From contig LVLI01000201.1 in the NCBI GenBank assembly GCA_001687465.1, forward strand, positions 1 through 64,000: DNA of 64,000 bases, written 5' to 3'. This document shows positions 1 through 11,916 of this stretch, piece by piece. Under the pieces are notes generated by a model. The model saw nothing but the letters and a program-made list of their open reading frames with translations, ran no database searches and had not been told where the DNA came from. Source of the DNA: Halocafeteria seosinensis (Eukaryota). The position numbers were made by a program, and so were the translations under genes. The stretch's first letter is position 1, and every line of letters begins with the position of its first letter.

Positions 1-250
1 GGCCTAACTGGAGTTTAGTGCCAGCTGGCCCAACCCTGTAGCATACAGCCCCAGCTCCTGCGTGCCCTGGGTTGCCCTTGGAAGCGCCATCGGTCTGGCA
101 GAGGAGGCCTTCGAAGACATCCGTTTCGTTTATGACTGGTGGAAGGTCACAACTTGCAGCTTAACCTTTGGTATTCTTTTAATTTTATTTATTTATATAT
201 ACAACATTCTCCAGTGATCCTTGTAGCTTTGGCGCGTACAGTTGCAGGCC

Positions 251-285
251 GTGTGTGTATTACCGGTATTAGCTCCTACCGGAAG
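251..285 (+). repeat. Copy of dispersed ~30-bp element GTGTGTGTATT-GTATTGCTCCTACC-GAAG
   Basis: gtgtgtgtattaccggtattagctcctaccggaag; related copies near 408-428, 12492-12522, 43187-43217 (minus), 43270-43284 and 43681-43710. Confidence 0.7.
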
Positions 286-907
286 AGCTCCAAGATCTGC
301 ACATATGGTATACAATAATGGTACAATTGAATTGTACAATGTACAACTACTAATACACATACGTCCCAACTACAAATACCCACACACACGTCCCAACTTG
401 TACATATGTGTAATGGTATTGCTTCTACATGAAGACTTGTAGCTCCCCACCCCAGGTGGGTACCACAGTACCGGTACAGTCAACACTCCGTTGCAACACT
501 GAATGGCGATGGCTGCATACCAAAACCAAATTTAGCGTACCATTCGTTCCTATACAAACGTATGATCCATGGTAACTTTACTAACTTCGAGGTTCGGAGG
601 ACTCGAGTCACTGGAATCGAGTACTCTGTGACTACACATACACGTAGTCTGCCCACTGGCGGTGCCCAGGCTGCAGCCTGCAGCCTGCAGGCAGCAAATT
701 CCTCAACATGTGAAGGTCGACCAGGTAGCCGTTTATCCCACACAGTCGACTCGATATCCGATAGGCACTGTATCATGGTATGATAATCATACGATGATCA
801 TAGGCAGAGTAGTTTTACTGTTTTTGAAATCAACATATGTATTTTTGTTTGCCGTACCAGAGTGCCGGTTTGATTCGTAGAGGCTTTTAGAACTGGCGCG
901 TCGTGCC

Positions 908-3900
908 ATGGCGAATGGGTACGTATCCATCATTGTGGTCTTCTATGCCTACGGAAGGAATTCAGTGTTATACATTTTTTATCGGCATGTATGTATGAAT
1001 CCACAGAACGTACGATCAGACATGGCAGCAGGCCATGTCTGAACTTAATGATCAAATCCATGTTGAAGATCATACGTTAGACTTACCAGCCGATCATCCA
1101 GGCGTTCCTGTAAGTGCTGTACACCGTAGTTTAACCCCCCTATGGGATTTGGAAGAAGAACGCATTCGTAGTGTAGCATCTACTGGTGAGGTTCTAACCT
1201 GGACATGTGTATTGTGTACAGGAAGCGCAAGCGACGCCCCAGCAAGCATTCGACCATTATGCCAGCGTTTACGTGAAATACATTCAGATCTTGCGGAAGC
1301 TGAATTTATGCTACGATAACATGAAGCAACCTCAGAAGCGAATTGATGTGAAGAAAGTCCTCGAAGCCGTCATGACGAGAGTAACGGAATTAAAACACGA
1401 ACTGGTGAAGTGGAATCCACCTAACCCGGATCTCAAACCTCCGGACAACAATGATCAAGGCGTCAAGCCTTTCCCCTTTCCGTGGGAATATGTTCACTTG
1501 GATGATTTGCTGCAAGACTTGAAACTGCAACCAGAGGATATTGACTTGCCAATTCCAAAGTATTTCATTGAAGACAAAAAGAACGAGTTGGATTCCAGAG
1601 ACCAAGTGAGTGGCTACTCAGTATATGTTACATGTGCTCAACTATATTGCTAGTTTCATTAGTGCAGTTGGTGGAAGGTTATATGACGTTGAAACTGGGC
1701 ACAGACAAAATTCTGGTTGAGCTTGAAGACGACTACGAGGAAATGACCCCATCGTTAACAGTCAACGAGGCACTTTCAATCATTATGAGGAACGAGAGAG
1801 GACGACAGGGCCAGCAAAGAGCGTTAACGCGGAAGCGATTGGTGGAAAGTGAAAGCGCTACTAGGAGCTACGAGCCCTCCGCTTCGCAAGAGGCATCCAG
1901 AGCAGAAGAAATGGACGAGCATACCGCGGCGCAGAACATCCAAAAGGTTTACCGGGGGTACAAATCAAGAATTGCCTCTGCACGAGCTCGAATCGAGGAG
2001 CTTACTTTTATCGGAATGCGTCCCCGCTCGACTGAACGCTTAGACAACTTACGGGCGCATTTGGAAGAATCTCACAAGCTGAGAAAAGAGGACCAGGTAA
2101 GTAGTATGATCATCTATGCATTTCGCCTTTGAAGAAGTTCAACGTCTTTAATGAAATGCCTAGATCAGCAAGAATATGAGGAAGAATATGAAAAGGCCCT
2201 GAAAAAGCTTCACGAAAAGCTACTCTCTCAAGAGGGCCCGCAACTACGGGATAAAATGATGTCTGATAGGCTTCAGTGGTACATAGACCAGGTTCAACAG
2301 GATGTAAGAGTTGAAAATTTGCAGCCGTACTACGCTCATCTGCAAGCACCCACTGAAGAAGAAAAAAAGGCAGAAGAGGAAGCTCAAGAGGAAGCTAAGA
2401 AAGAAGGCGGCAAAAAGGACAAGAAAGGAAAGAACGATAAAGGGAAAGAGAAGGGCAAGGGTAAAGGAAAGAAAGGTGACGACGAAGAAGAAGAGCAGGA
2501 GTTGCCACCTCCGTTAACGGGACCTTCAGAGTTCACCAGGCATGCGGAATCTCTTATCCGTGGTTATGAGGCAACGTGGCTAGATCGCGACGAAAGCGAT
2601 AACTATCAGCAGAAGTATGACGAGGATCTAGCTAAGCATCTTGTTCGCCCCTCTGTAGAGGAAACAGTCCGAAAAGAGGTGAGGTTATGTACACATGCGC
2701 TAGTTTTATATATCGCCAACATTCACCCTATGCTTTCTTTCCTTTTCCAGGTTGACAACTCCCTAGAGCAAATGATGAAGAATCTTAATAAACAGTTTGC
2801 CAGTAAGAAGGGCGGAAAGAAAGGGAAAAAGGGCAAAGGGAAGAAAGGGAAAGGGAAAAAGGGGAAGGGAAAAAAGGGGAAAAAATTGCCTGGGGAAAAA
2901 GAGTGCGCAGGAATGGATGCCGATCAAATGCTGTCCATGTTAGTGGAGAACAAAATCGTTAATAATCCTAGTCAAAAAGCCTCCGTGGAGAGCTTTACAG
3001 GTAAGAAAGACATCGTCATCAGCTTAAAATAATTCCCAGTGGTACTGCTTAGCACTCTTGGGGCACTTGCAGGAGAATACAACTATCTGGGAACTTCGTA
3101 CAGTGCATCTGACAAGCCCTCCCAGAGGCACCCTACAAAGGGTTATTGGATGCCATGCGATCCATGCGCATCACAAATCAGACAAAACTTGACCGAATAT
3201 GCCGTTTATCCTTTGGGTTGCGAATCTCTCAGAGAAGAAGTAAGTGTCTTTTTAGATCTTTCTCGGTATTATTCTCTTGCACTGGAGTCGCGTGGCCGCA
3301 GGTGTCAAAATACTGCTCCGAACGTAATCTTGGCGCGCCTCCTAGGTCGATTCTCCTTTATGGCCCACGCGGTACGGGAAAGACTATGCTGGCTCAAGCT
3401 GTAGCGAATGCGACTGGAGCAATGTTTCTCAATCTAAGTGCGGGTAATACGGAAGGGAAATTCACGGGGAAGGGGGGTCCCGCGAAACTGTTACACATGG
3501 CATTTATGATAGGGAAGGAGGCTGGAATGGGCCCTACCGTAATCTACGTCGACGAGGTTCGTATTGGTTACAATTGCCTTTTTCTTCTTGTTTCCATTGT
3601 ACACTGCGCTTGAATAATTCAGGTTGATCAAATACTAGCTCCAACCGGCAAAAAGAAAGTTGCGGCGGAAGGACCTGCGCGATTCAAAAAGGACCTTCCG
3701 ACATACATTAAGAATATCAAACCTACTGATCCTATTATAGTAATCGGGTGTAGCTCGGAGCCATGGAATGCAGATCAAAAAGCATTAAAGTGCGTATGAA
3801 TATTGTGGTTATCGTTACTTCTTCCAACCCGCAAAGTAAACTGATATCGTGTCCTTCCAGGGGTGCATTTGATAGATATTTGTACTTACCCTTACCGGAT

Positions 3901-4462
3901 TACGCGACACGAAGAAAGGGATGGATAAACGCTATAGAGGAACGCTTGAAAAATGCATCCGCAGCTCTGCTACCTTATAGCGATAATGGAAGCCATGGAA
4001 GTGTTGGGCGCATACCGGAAGGCTTCGATATTTCCTCTCTCACCCAGGTGTCTGAAGGATACACGATCGGATCAATCCTTCGAACCGTCCGCTCCACTTT
4101 AACCGATCGGCGCATTGAACGAGTAAGCCTAAATTTTCTGGGCATGGTTTTGTTTCGTCTGGTCGCTTTACATTTCTATCGGTATGCAGCTGGGCAAACG
4201 CCCTCTTGAGGCTACTGAATTCATTTCGATGCTAAGTCGTTGCAATCGTACTCACGCCGACGATGCTGATAATTTCCAGGTAAGATTGAGTTGTCCATAT
4301 GTAACACTCTAACGTCTCTCGAGATCCGCTTAATTTTAGCAGGACTTCACTTACAAGATTACCGGTTATGAAGCTGCCCGAGCCAAATTACAAGAAGCAT
4401 TAAGTGGAGAAGACGATTCCAAGAAGAAAGGAGGAAAGGGAAAAAAGGGCAACAAGAAATAA
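908..4462 (+). CDS. DRC11: Dynein regulatory complex protein 11 (IQ and AAA domain protein), multi-exon
   Basis: ATG at 908; after an intron ending at 1006 the frame reads MANGTYDQTWQQAM. Contains YASVYVKYIQILRKL...QPQKRIDVK, IQ motif AQNIQKVYRGYKSR, K/G-rich linkers, Walker A GPRGTGKT and Walker B IYVDE; TAA at 4460-4462. Exons joined by GT-AG introns. Confidence 0.93.
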
Positions 4463-4505
4463 ACAATATGCGTAGCTCTTATTTTATGATGCTTTATTTG
4501 CGTAT

Positions 4506-7500
4506 TCACCCGCTTTCACCTTCCCATGGTGATGCTGAAAGCTCAGTCCACCTGGCTTGAGAGTGTAGAAGTTCTGAGTCTAAGACATTATACGGAGCGG
4601 CAACGCTGGCACGTCGCCGGCGAGTGCCAGGCGCACTCTTGCTTTTACGACCACTTGGAGAACGAAAGGCAAATTCATCCCCAACGCTGTCTTCAATAGA
4701 CCCTTGCTGGCTCGGAGCAAGTTGTGGCACAGAACGGAGCGATGTGGTACTTCCTCTCCTACGCTGAGACGACTGAGGCCGCTGCGACATTCCAGTGTCT
4801 CTCGATACCCCCGCACTTCCGCTCGCCAACTTACGGCTTGCAGATTCCCGAAGAAGATACTTGTAGTACTCTGAAGATACGGGTAGCTTTGGTATATACA
4901 TATCATGCTCGTCATGTCCTCCTCTGTGGGGCGCGACATTGGAAACGTATCCTTCCGGGGAAGTACTGCGATTCAGAGCGTTGTCGTGGTTCGCTTTCTC
5001 TAGAGGCAATGAACTTCTTTGACGAGCTTTGGGTGAATTCTGGGCAGACGAATATTGTTCCTGGATGCCTTCGAAGCGCTTTACACCTTCCGTTTGTCCT
5101 TCCGAAGCAGTTTTCCTAGATACCACTGGTGAACTCTGTGGACGAGTATTATGGTCTGGAATACCACCCGCTATGCTGTTTCGTCGTTTATGCTTGGACT
5201 TCTTGGGAGCGTTACCAGTAACTTCTCCGTCTGTTCTCAAAGCATCTTGGTTTCCCTCGAATTCCAGATGGTGTTGTTGTGCCCCTACCTGCGACTCCGC
5301 AATAGCGTAAGTGAGCATACTAAAAGGAGTCTGTGCAGAAGATTCTGCAGTTGGGATTCGAGTCTGGGTTCCCACGAAGACCCGACGTTGTCGACGCAGC
5401 TCTAACAGTTGATCCCAAGCACTGCGGATGGCGCTTGCGACTACAATCCTTGCGTGACGTACAGCTTCAAACTTCCGAAGTGTCTTTCCCGTGAATTGCC
5501 GTATTTTCGCATTCCTCTCCTCGTCCTTCTCATTTATCGCGTTCACATTCTTCTCGAGTTCTTTGATGGTAGTATCGCGATGAAGAAGCAGCTCCTCCTT
5601 CTGGTCCAATTCGTTCTTCATTTGTCGATACTCACTTCCCTGTGCTTGGCTCCTTCTGACCAAAGTGTTCAAGTGGCGTCGTATATCCACGAAGGAGGAA
5701 TCAAATTCTTGCTGGTTCGCTACTATTTTGTTCTTGACATCGTAAACGGTGCTCTTCAACTCTCGGTCTTTCCACCTGCTATTTACGCGTGTCACCAGTG
5801 AAGCGATGCGCGAGCGATAGCGTTCTAAGTCATCTGCATAATTCAAAGCTTGAGTCAACTGGCTCTTTGTGGAATCCATCCATGTTTCAACACTAGACTT
5901 TAACTCAATTCTGAAAGATTTAAGATCTTGCAATTTTGAAGATGTATCTCCGAGTAGTGATTTGACCCGATCCAAAGCGGTTTGGGCTCGAGCTACTGAG
6001 TTACCACCTTGGATACGAATAAGGTTCAAATTCTTAGAGCGCATTATACTCTTCCTTAAATTCTTCTGCTTTTGCCGCTCTCGGCGGATAGAATATAACA
6101 GCATCCTCCAAACTGTGTCAGCCTGCAGGAACGAAGTATCTGCGTCACCCGTACTACCCTCCCGTCTCAGCCGATGACACTCCCAACGTAATTGTTCGCA
6201 TTCCCTCCTGGTTTCATCAAGAGAATACTGAAAGTTATCTCTCTCTCTAGCTACAGAATTCTTAGTTTTCTGAAGATCTCGGTTCTCTTGTCGAAGTTGC
6301 TGAAATTCCTCTTGCAACGCCCGGTTCATTTTCATAGACGAGGATTCTTGTTCCAACTTCTTGCGGAGCGAGTAGACCTCCTTCTTAGTCTGTTGATATG
6401 ACCGTCTCAAACTCCAATACCTACTCGCCTGAGCTCGAGTATCTTCCTCGGCCTTACAAAGCCACTCGCGATACTTGTCCATGATCGTGTTGGAAAATAC
6501 GAATCTGCTCTGGGACTGCCAAGTTGACATGTCCTTCAGAAGCCCCCAGCCGCTTCTGCTAGTTCTTGAGTGCAGGTACTGCCCCTTTTCCTTCTTACTG
6601 GAGGAAACGGTAGAAGCTTCATACTTTGACCTCATGGCTCCAAGCGACACCGTATCATATAAGGAAGGAGGCATGCTTCCCCTCCTTGACCGATTATGCT
6701 TGCTACCCACGGTATCTTGCTTTTTTTGGTCTTCATTCTCTCTTGTGAAAGGTCGTCCATGATGAAACAGGTTCCATCCAATTCCTCCTTCGTAACCGCC
6801 TGGCTTTCCTTCTGCTCTTTCATCATCAGACTGTGCTTCATGCAGCACTGCACTCTCCATTTCAGAGAAGCTATGCCTTCGATTTACTAGTTTGGGTTTT
6901 CCCTTGCCAAAGTGTTCATGCTCCAGCAACGATTGCCTAAACGCAGAAAAGGCGCCCTGTCCTGACACACTCACAGAATTTGCAGCCCTTTGAATTTGGA
7001 GATCGTTTATTGTTGTCATCCCGGCAGGATTATACTCGTTCAATTGTTTTTCTGCGGCCTTAAGCTCCTGCCGTAGTCTGTCTATCTTATTGGTGCCATC
7101 ATCAGTCGTACCCCCAATGAGGGTCGTATGCTCATCTTCGTACTGGGTCACCACTTCAGCCAAAGCATGTACTTGCTTTCGGAGGTTGATATTCCGTTTC
7201 ATTAAGTTTTCTACATCTTCTTCATTGGATATGCCCTCCAGAGATATCTTCTGGAAATCAATACCAGTAGAATTCTTCCGAGATGCTTCATTCCGTAGCT
7301 CCCGGACGGCTCGGAAGGCATCATCGCGTTCCTGCTTTAATTTATTTTTCTCTGTTTCCAGTTTCTCTGCATGTCGTTGCGCATCAAGTTTCTCCTTCTG
7401 TGCCGCCTCAATTTTTGACGTAATTCGTTCAACAAAGGCACTTAGTCGAATGTGCTTCTCCGCCAATTTGCGTGACTCTTCGCTTAAGAGATCATATTCG

Positions 7501-8726
7501 TCTTTCAACTGATCGTAATGCGTAGCTTTGTTACGAACCATATCCCATTCTTCACTATCTACTGCTTTAATTTTCCCTCTCAAGCCAAAAAGCATTAGTA
7601 ATTCATCCAGTTCTACACTACTCGGAAGCTCCAATTGAAAGGTGGGCTCCCATTGGGTCCCTTTTCCTTCACGTTCAGAACGGAAGAAGTGTTCTCGGAT
7701 AAAGAAGACATCCCGATGATACGTTTGCTTTACTAGCTGAAGAAGGCGATCACGTCGATTATACTTTCGTTGCCATACCCTCAAATCTCGCTTTGCAATG
7801 TCGAGGGCCCATTTGAGTTCCTTCAAACATGAGTACATAAACCCGGCAGTACTTGGTGTAATCGGTCTTGCGTGGCCTTGCTTTTCTCGGTTCTCGATAA
7901 TTTCTCGAGCATTCTTTTCCACCCGCTTCAGTTTTTCGCCGTTTTTCTTCTGCTCCTTTTCCTTTTCGTATATCTCTTCGTCACCTTCTTCTAGCTCATA
8001 CTCAGGTAGTTTGACATCTGTTTGCGAGGCCAACGGACCCAGCAGGTTCTCAGCTCTTTTCCGTGAGCGGGGTTGGTTCTGCTGCTGCTTAGATGTCTTG
8101 GGAGTCCTACCAGAGGAAATTGTCGCAGATACCTGGAGATCTGCATCAGCTGCGTTCCACGTTGTAGCATCCGTTTGGCCGGGATGTTGCTGCCTCGGTG
8201 TTGTTCTGGTTCCACTGTGACCGAATGCTGAATCAAAGTCCAAGGCCGGTAAACGCACTCCCTCCTCTTGTCTCTTCTTGGTTTTTGACTCGGGCGCTTC
8301 TTCCTCAACATGGAACGCGATATCATTCATATCCGTTGGATTGGGAGGGATTCCGCTTGCCTGAACACCTCCACTGCTCTCTGCAGGCTCTCCACCACGC
8401 CCCGCGAATGGCCGCTGGTGCCGAGGACGACCTGACGTCTGTGTCGGTTCATGCTTAGTCTCATCGGGAGCTTGTTGGGAGATCGTCTTGCGACTGCGCA
8501 CACGTTCTAGCGCTTGCTCGGCCCATTCGTTGGCGACGGAATCAGCAATTTCATCGAACTTTTCCGTTCTGGTTTTGTACCGGGAAGCACTTTTCGTCTC
8601 CCCCTCCTTCTCTTCTTCGCCTTCGGCTGTCAATCGCGTTCCCGATGAAGACAGCTCCGTCCGTCCAAATTTCCCTGAACGCGATGAAAATGAACGCTGG
8701 TATCGCTTGGAAGAAGACGAAGACAT
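4506..8726 (-). CDS. Large intronless coiled-coil protein with disordered termini, unknown function
   Basis: Uninterrupted 1417-codon ORF; first ATG at 8726 (MSSSSSKRY); E/K/R/Q-rich heptad segments. Confidence 0.85.
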   Translation of the reverse strand: MSSSSSKRYQRSFSSRSGKFGRTELSSSGTRLTAEGEEEKEGETKSASRYKTRTEKFDEIADSVANEWAEQALERVRSRKTISQQAPDETKHEPTQTSGRPRHQRPFAGRGGEPAESSGGVQASGIPPNPTDMNDIAFHVEEEAPESKTKKRQEEGVRLPALDFDSAFGHSGTRTTPRQQHPGQTDATTWNAADADLQVSATISSGRTPKTSKQQQNQPRSRKRAENLLGPLASQTDVKLPEYELEEGDEEIYEKEKEQKKNGEKLKRVEKNAREIIENREKQGHARPITPSTAGFMYSCLKELKWALDIAKRDLRVWQRKYNRRDRLLQLVKQTYHRDVFFIREHFFRSEREGKGTQWEPTFQLELPSSVELDELLMLFGLRGKIKAVDSEEWDMVRNKATHYDQLKDEYDLLSEESRKLAEKHIRLSAFVERITSKIEAAQKEKLDAQRHAEKLETEKNKLKQERDDAFRAVRELRNEASRKNSTGIDFQKISLEGISNEEDVENLMKRNINLRKQVHALAEVVTQYEDEHTTLIGGTTDDGTNKIDRLRQELKAAEKQLNEYNPAGMTTINDLQIQRAANSVSVSGQGAFSAFRQSLLEHEHFGKGKPKLVNRRHSFSEMESAVLHEAQSDDERAEGKPGGYEGGIGWNLFHHGRPFTRENEDQKKQDTVGSKHNRSRRGSMPPSLYDTVSLGAMRSKYEASTVSSSKKEKGQYLHSRTSRSGWGLLKDMSTWQSQSRFVFSNTIMDKYREWLCKAEEDTRAQASRYWSLRRSYQQTKKEVYSLRKKLEQESSSMKMNRALQEEFQQLRQENRDLQKTKNSVARERDNFQYSLDETRRECEQLRWECHRLRREGSTGDADTSFLQADTVWRMLLYSIRRERQKQKNLRKSIMRSKNLNLIRIQGGNSVARAQTALDRVKSLLGDTSSKLQDLKSFRIELKSSVETWMDSTKSQLTQALNYADDLERYRSRIASLVTRVNSRWKDRELKSTVYDVKNKIVANQQEFDSSFVDIRRHLNTLVRRSQAQGSEYRQMKNELDQKEELLLHRDTTIKELEKNVNAINEKDEERNAKIRQFTGKTLRKFEAVRHARIVVASAIRSAWDQLLELRRQRRVFVGTQTRIPTAESSAQTPFSMLTYAIAESQVGAQQHHLEFEGNQDALRTDGEVTGNAPKKSKHKRRNSIAGGIPDHNTRPQSSPVVSRKTASEGQTEGVKRFEGIQEQYSSAQNSPKARQRSSLPLEKANHDNALNRSTSPEGYVSNVAPHRGGHDEHDMYIPKLPVSSEYYKYLLRESASRKLASGSAGVSRDTGMSQRPQSSQRRRGSTTSLRSVPQLAPSQQGSIEDSVGDEFAFRSPSGRKSKSAPGTRRRRASVAAPYNVLDSELLHSQARWTELSASPWEGESG

Positions 8727-9477
8727 TGTTGACTTGCTCGTGCAGTTTTTGGCGCGCAAACCTCAATCTAGCGGCATCATGATGCTCCTTGCTAAGAGTT
8801 TATGAACCATGGGACCGAAGCGCATCTTATTATATAACGAACTTCGAGACTTTCATACAATCACAGATACTTTTAATGGACTGCATTGCAATAGTTTCTA
8901 CCGAGGGCATCGGATGTTGCAACTTGCGACCACAAGTCATATGTTGCGACAACGAAGGTGAGTCAAGACCCAAATGTAGCGAATGGGCCACTGACCACCA
9001 CTACAAATCGGTACGCTCTATGGTCTCGAGAAAGTTTGATATTTAGGGGCACTGCAGGAGATGTCCGTATTCATGACTTAGGGGATACAGGAGTTGTCAT
9101 GTAGATCACCAGTAGGCCACAACCCCTACCTGGTGAATACTATACATGGTACCGGGGATTGGCACAGAACTCTCGCCGGTTGGAACACTCCGTGTAAGGT
9201 TCCACTCTATCAACACCATGAGTAGCAGCGTAAACCAGTAGCGGAAGTTGGAGATACAGCGGAAGTAAATGTAACAAACAATGAATCTGTGCCGATGGGT
9301 ACCATGGTACTGCCGCTACCCACAGTACCCAGCATCAGAGAAAATAGTCAGCGATACTCAAAAAAGCGATACACAATTGATCACAAACCTTCTTAGATGA
9401 TGAACGTGCGGGCGAGCGATTCGCGTACACACTCGTGAAAGTAGACGAGTGTGTCGGAAGTCCCTTGGTTCTCGAGC

Positions 9478-11916
9478 TTAGGTTTCCTTACACTCATTGC
9501 CGCAGGTTGTATCGCGCAATGGGTTACTGTACAACATACCGGTAATTTTCCATTCTTCTGCTTTTTCTTCCCTCTTTCTTTTTTTTGCCTCTAGTGCTTT
9601 CTTCAGAATAATGCCGGTCGATGTCACGATCCCAATTGATCCAGCAATTTGACCGAATATTGCGGCAGCTGATTGTTTATTGGAAACGATAACTCGACGG
9701 ATTCTTTGAGAATAACCCTCTAGCAATATCACTCCCAGCCGAGAGGGATCACTGCTCACTTGCACCCAAACTCGGTTCCCATCTTTGTCCTGTTTCACCA
9801 TCAACACAGGCCAATCATCGTTGACAATGATGGGCATATTTATGGGGAGGCTGTCTTTGCACTTTCGTCGCATTTCATTTTGTGTTTCAGGTTCATCTTC
9901 AAAACAACAAAGGGTTTTTCTTGAGTCCAACTCTTGCGGAGAGGCCTTGAATAACATCAGCTTGGAGGAATCGCAGGTCAATCTTCCTCTTCCAGCTAGG
10001 AGAAACATTTCTCCGTTTCCCAGCAAACTCACGTGTACTGGTTCACTCGCTTTGATGTTACCAAACTTCTTACCTCTAGCTTCGTCGTCTACTTCCTCAA
10101 ATAGGACAGTGTAGGCATTCGCAGTAAGGGTGTTTGGATCCCTGCCGAATCCAAAAATTCTGGGCCCCATGTCTGCACTAGACAAGTCTATCGACTTCGA
10201 GTGAACAGTTGGTGTTCCGAATGTCAGCAAGATCTCTTCCGAAGTTGACGGCTTCGCCTTTTCCCAAAGCGTGTAAGTTGGATGGGCGCTCCACCACCTT
10301 CCCGAGTAATAGTACGCGATTCCAGGACTAATTACGCCATTGACCGTATCAAACACCCCAACGCACCAAATTGCAGAGCTTAATGGACTTGGCACGCACT
10401 TCTGGAAACCTCGGAGTTTATCTGCGGTAGACACCGACACGTCCGGGTCGCTGCTCAAAGTCGGCTCTCCTATTAGAGTGAGGCCACCCTTTCCATCATA
10501 AATAAATAGCCGGGAGAGGTGCTTGATGCTCTGAGAATCAGTATGAAGTGTCCCAGCCACTAGTAGGTTTCCATCACCGTCTGCCGATAGGTCTGTAACA
10601 AGGTTGATTTCATCCGCGGCCGAACCGATATGCATACCATCCCAATAAAACAGTCCTTCGAAGGTTCTGGTCGCATTTACGGATCCGTCAACGACAACGG
10701 CCTGTTTGCTACCTCCTACCATGTACAGGGTATTGTTGACGATAGCTGTCTTCATCGGGTTTCCCGTCTTCTCTGACACGTAAATCGCTTCTACCACTCG
10801 TGCTTCGCTGTTTGAGACTTGGAACACGAATGCTGCTTCGCTCGGTGGTTGGAAATGTACGTCTCCAATCGTTTTGCTTTCAGAAACAAGTCCAGTTAGC
10901 ACAATGTGTTCTCCCCAGTTGAAAAGACCGTAAATGGGTCCCAGTTTTGGTACCTCGTCCAAGGAAGAAGCGCCACTAGTTTGCGCTCCTTCATTCTCGT
11001 ACAATATGTCAGTATCCATCACGCTGTTCGCAAAACAGCTGTCAAATGGATCACTCCTCGAAATATTCCAGACACTCAGCTTGATCCTGCTATTAGAACT
11101 GTCACGGGTTACGACGAAAATTTTAGACTGATGAGAAACGAATCCCACAACGTCGGTCGCCTGGGAGCATGTCTCCCAGTTAGCATCAGCGCCTGTTCGA
11201 AGGAGATACGTCCCTCCTCTATTATGCAATATCACTGCACCAGTTCCTTCTGTAAAATTGGTGGAAGAACTTTTGCTAGCCAAATCCACCCGTTCAGTCC
11301 AGTCATTGCTGCCTCCTGTATTGCGGATTCTTAAGTAGTTCGCGGTTCCAGTGCTGTATGCGACGAACATTTGACCATCCTTAGAGAAATCTATATCCAC
11401 AGGCCTCCTCGTCCATCCACCGGTCTCTGTCCCCAATACATAAAGGAGAGGCTCGCCTTCCTTTGCCAAACGAAGCCCATTTTCCTGATTGAGTTCGAAT
11501 GCTGCCCCCGTCATAACCCCCGGACACACTGGGATGTAAGATTCCTGCTCCCCGAGATGCTGCTCAAGTTCTTTGCCACACCGAAACCCTCGAGTGTTTT
11601 CCGTAGCGTTAATTATATGCAGGTTACTCGTCGAAGAAACCCGAACCCGCGCAGGAGCTTCAAAATCGGCCTGTAGCGTTTCCGTGTTTTCACTTGGACG
11701 AATATTCTCATTTTGCACTATGAGGACTGTGGTATAGGCGATCAACGAGGCGGCCACGAGCATTGACAGTACGAAACCTGTCTTCGATTTTGTGGCATCC
11801 TTCGATTTCTCCAGGAAAGGAGGATCTAGAGCAAGGAAATCTCCGTAGGACCACCACGGCTCTTTCAGCGCTTTCCTCTTTGCGCCCGGCGGTGGATTTT
11901 CTTGCCGAGTTTGCAT
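9478..11916 (-). CDS. Two-transmembrane protein with large beta-rich (propeller-like) ectodomain
   Basis: 812-aa intronless ORF; TM1 GFVLSMLVAASLIAYTTVLIV near the N-terminus, TM2 AAAIFGQIAGSIGIVTSTGIIL followed by a basic tail; N-glycosylation sequons and short beta-strand repeats in between. Confidence 0.8.
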   Translation of the reverse strand: MQTRQENPPPGAKRKALKEPWWSYGDFLALDPPFLEKSKDATKSKTGFVLSMLVAASLIAYTTVLIVQNENIRPSENTETLQADFEAPARVRVSSTSNLHIINATENTRGFRCGKELEQHLGEQESYIPVCPGVMTGAAFELNQENGLRLAKEGEPLLYVLGTETGGWTRRPVDIDFSKDGQMFVAYSTGTANYLRIRNTGGSNDWTERVDLASKSSSTNFTEGTGAVILHNRGGTYLLRTGADANWETCSQATDVVGFVSHQSKIFVVTRDSSNSRIKLSVWNISRSDPFDSCFANSVMDTDILYENEGAQTSGASSLDEVPKLGPIYGLFNWGEHIVLTGLVSESKTIGDVHFQPPSEAAFVFQVSNSEARVVEAIYVSEKTGNPMKTAIVNNTLYMVGGSKQAVVVDGSVNATRTFEGLFYWDGMHIGSAADEINLVTDLSADGDGNLLVAGTLHTDSQSIKHLSRLFIYDGKGGLTLIGEPTLSSDPDVSVSTADKLRGFQKCVPSPLSSAIWCVGVFDTVNGVISPGIAYYYSGRWWSAHPTYTLWEKAKPSTSEEILLTFGTPTVHSKSIDLSSADMGPRIFGFGRDPNTLTANAYTVLFEEVDDEARGKKFGNIKASEPVHVSLLGNGEMFLLAGRGRLTCDSSKLMLFKASPQELDSRKTLCCFEDEPETQNEMRRKCKDSLPINMPIIVNDDWPVLMVKQDKDGNRVWVQVSSDPSRLGVILLEGYSQRIRRVIVSNKQSAAAIFGQIAGSIGIVTSTGIILKKALEAKKRKREEKAEEWKITGMLYSNPLRDTTCGNECKET

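Noticed and set aside
1..170. GC-richer window start as a CDS fragment
   Set aside because: Too short to assign a strand or product.
2800..2890. Purine-rich repeat aagggcaaa/aaggggaaa
   Set aside because: Encodes the KGKKG linker of DRC11.
4580..8805. Many antisense and alternate-frame ORFs over long genes (also 35.9-38.8 kb and 48-51 kb)
   Set aside because: Shadow ORFs of real CDSs with no protein-like motifs.
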